Shown here one piece after another: positions 63,452 to 64,000 of a DNA stretch of 64,000 nucleotides; positions within the stretch are counted from its first letter, which is position 1, and each line of letters begins with the position of its first letter. Where the stretch lies: the NCBI GenBank assembly GCA_964247055.1, contig OZ176055.1:4278001-4342000 (forward strand), given 5' to 3'. Both the position numbers and the translations under genes were made by a program. The notes under the pieces were generated by a model. The model was not told the DNA's origin, did no database searches, and saw nothing but the letters and a program-made list of their open reading frames with translations. The DNA is from Paragordius varius. Lineage: Eukaryota > Animalia > Nematomorpha.

Positions 63452-64000
63452 TCTATATATTTTAAAAATGAAAAATCCTGGCTTTGGGATGTGTTTTCGG
63501 AAAACCGGTGGATCCATTCAAATCCAAATGTCATAAAAATATAATTATTAATGAATACCCCGACAATAGCTTCGCCCTTTTTTCAAATTAGGCCCCCAGT
63601 TCGGGCCCACTCTGTGTAAAAAACGGTTATTTTGAAAACAGAAGTCCACAAAAATTGTGTCTTCGAGACAATTTTCCGGAAAACGTGTTGGACCATTCAA
63701 TTTCATATATGATTTTTTTTACTTTTTTTCGATTGTGCCGAACGTCGGCTCGCTTTTTTAATTTAGGCCCTCTTTTTACCCGCTCCCCCAGTAAAATGCC
63801 ATTTTTTCAAAAAAAATAAGTCAAAAATATTTTTTTGAATCTATTTTTTGCTTAAGGTATGAGCCGTAAAAATTCAATAAGGAATCCAGGTATTCCCTGT
63901 TAAAAGGCAAAAATAGTCAAGTGTTTCTTTGATGATAGCTGCTAGGTAAAGAGATACCCACTAAAAACTGACCCGTCATATCAAATAGCGTGCCTTTGGG
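63452..64000 (+). mobile_element. Helitron-like element (family B), cut by the window edge
   Basis: A|TCTATATATTTTAAAAATG start; colinear with the copies at 42090 and 58162. Confidence 0.75.

Noticed and set aside
1-64000. CRISPR arrays, rRNA, functional tRNAs, prokaryotic operons
   Set aside because: No repeat-spacer arrays or rRNA-like sequence seen; gene structure is spliceosomal and eukaryotic.

Overview
Very AT-rich, transposon-littered eukaryotic (metazoan-type) genomic window with spliceosomal GT-AG introns and the standard code. By hand-splicing I reconstructed seven protein-coding genes: a GT31 beta-1,3-glycosyltransferase (-), a TSPAN13/31 tetraspanin (-) head-to-head with an SLC25A39/40 mitochondrial carrier (+, only 110 bp between start codons), an FBXO25/32 (atrogin-like) F-box gene (+), an OST3/OST6 (MAGT1/TUSC3) gene (-), a probable secreted ML-domain protein (+), and a long coiled-coil gene (-) whose 5' end lies beyond the window. 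Non-coding space holds mariner, Tc1, hAT, piggyBac-like and Helitron-like elements, RTE LINE relics and a tRNA-derived SINE, some nested several deep. Most notable: (1) a tandemly duplicated exon in SLC25A39/40 that could swap the Cys-rich matrix loop 1 for a Cys-poor loop by mutually exclusive splicing; (2) several 21-31 nt introns, including three consecutive 22/24/21-nt introns in OST3/6, coexisting with 0.5-2 kb TE-filled introns. The species cannot be determined from the sequence. All gene models are manual, all family comparisons are from recalled sequences, and nothing has been checked against transcripts or databases.
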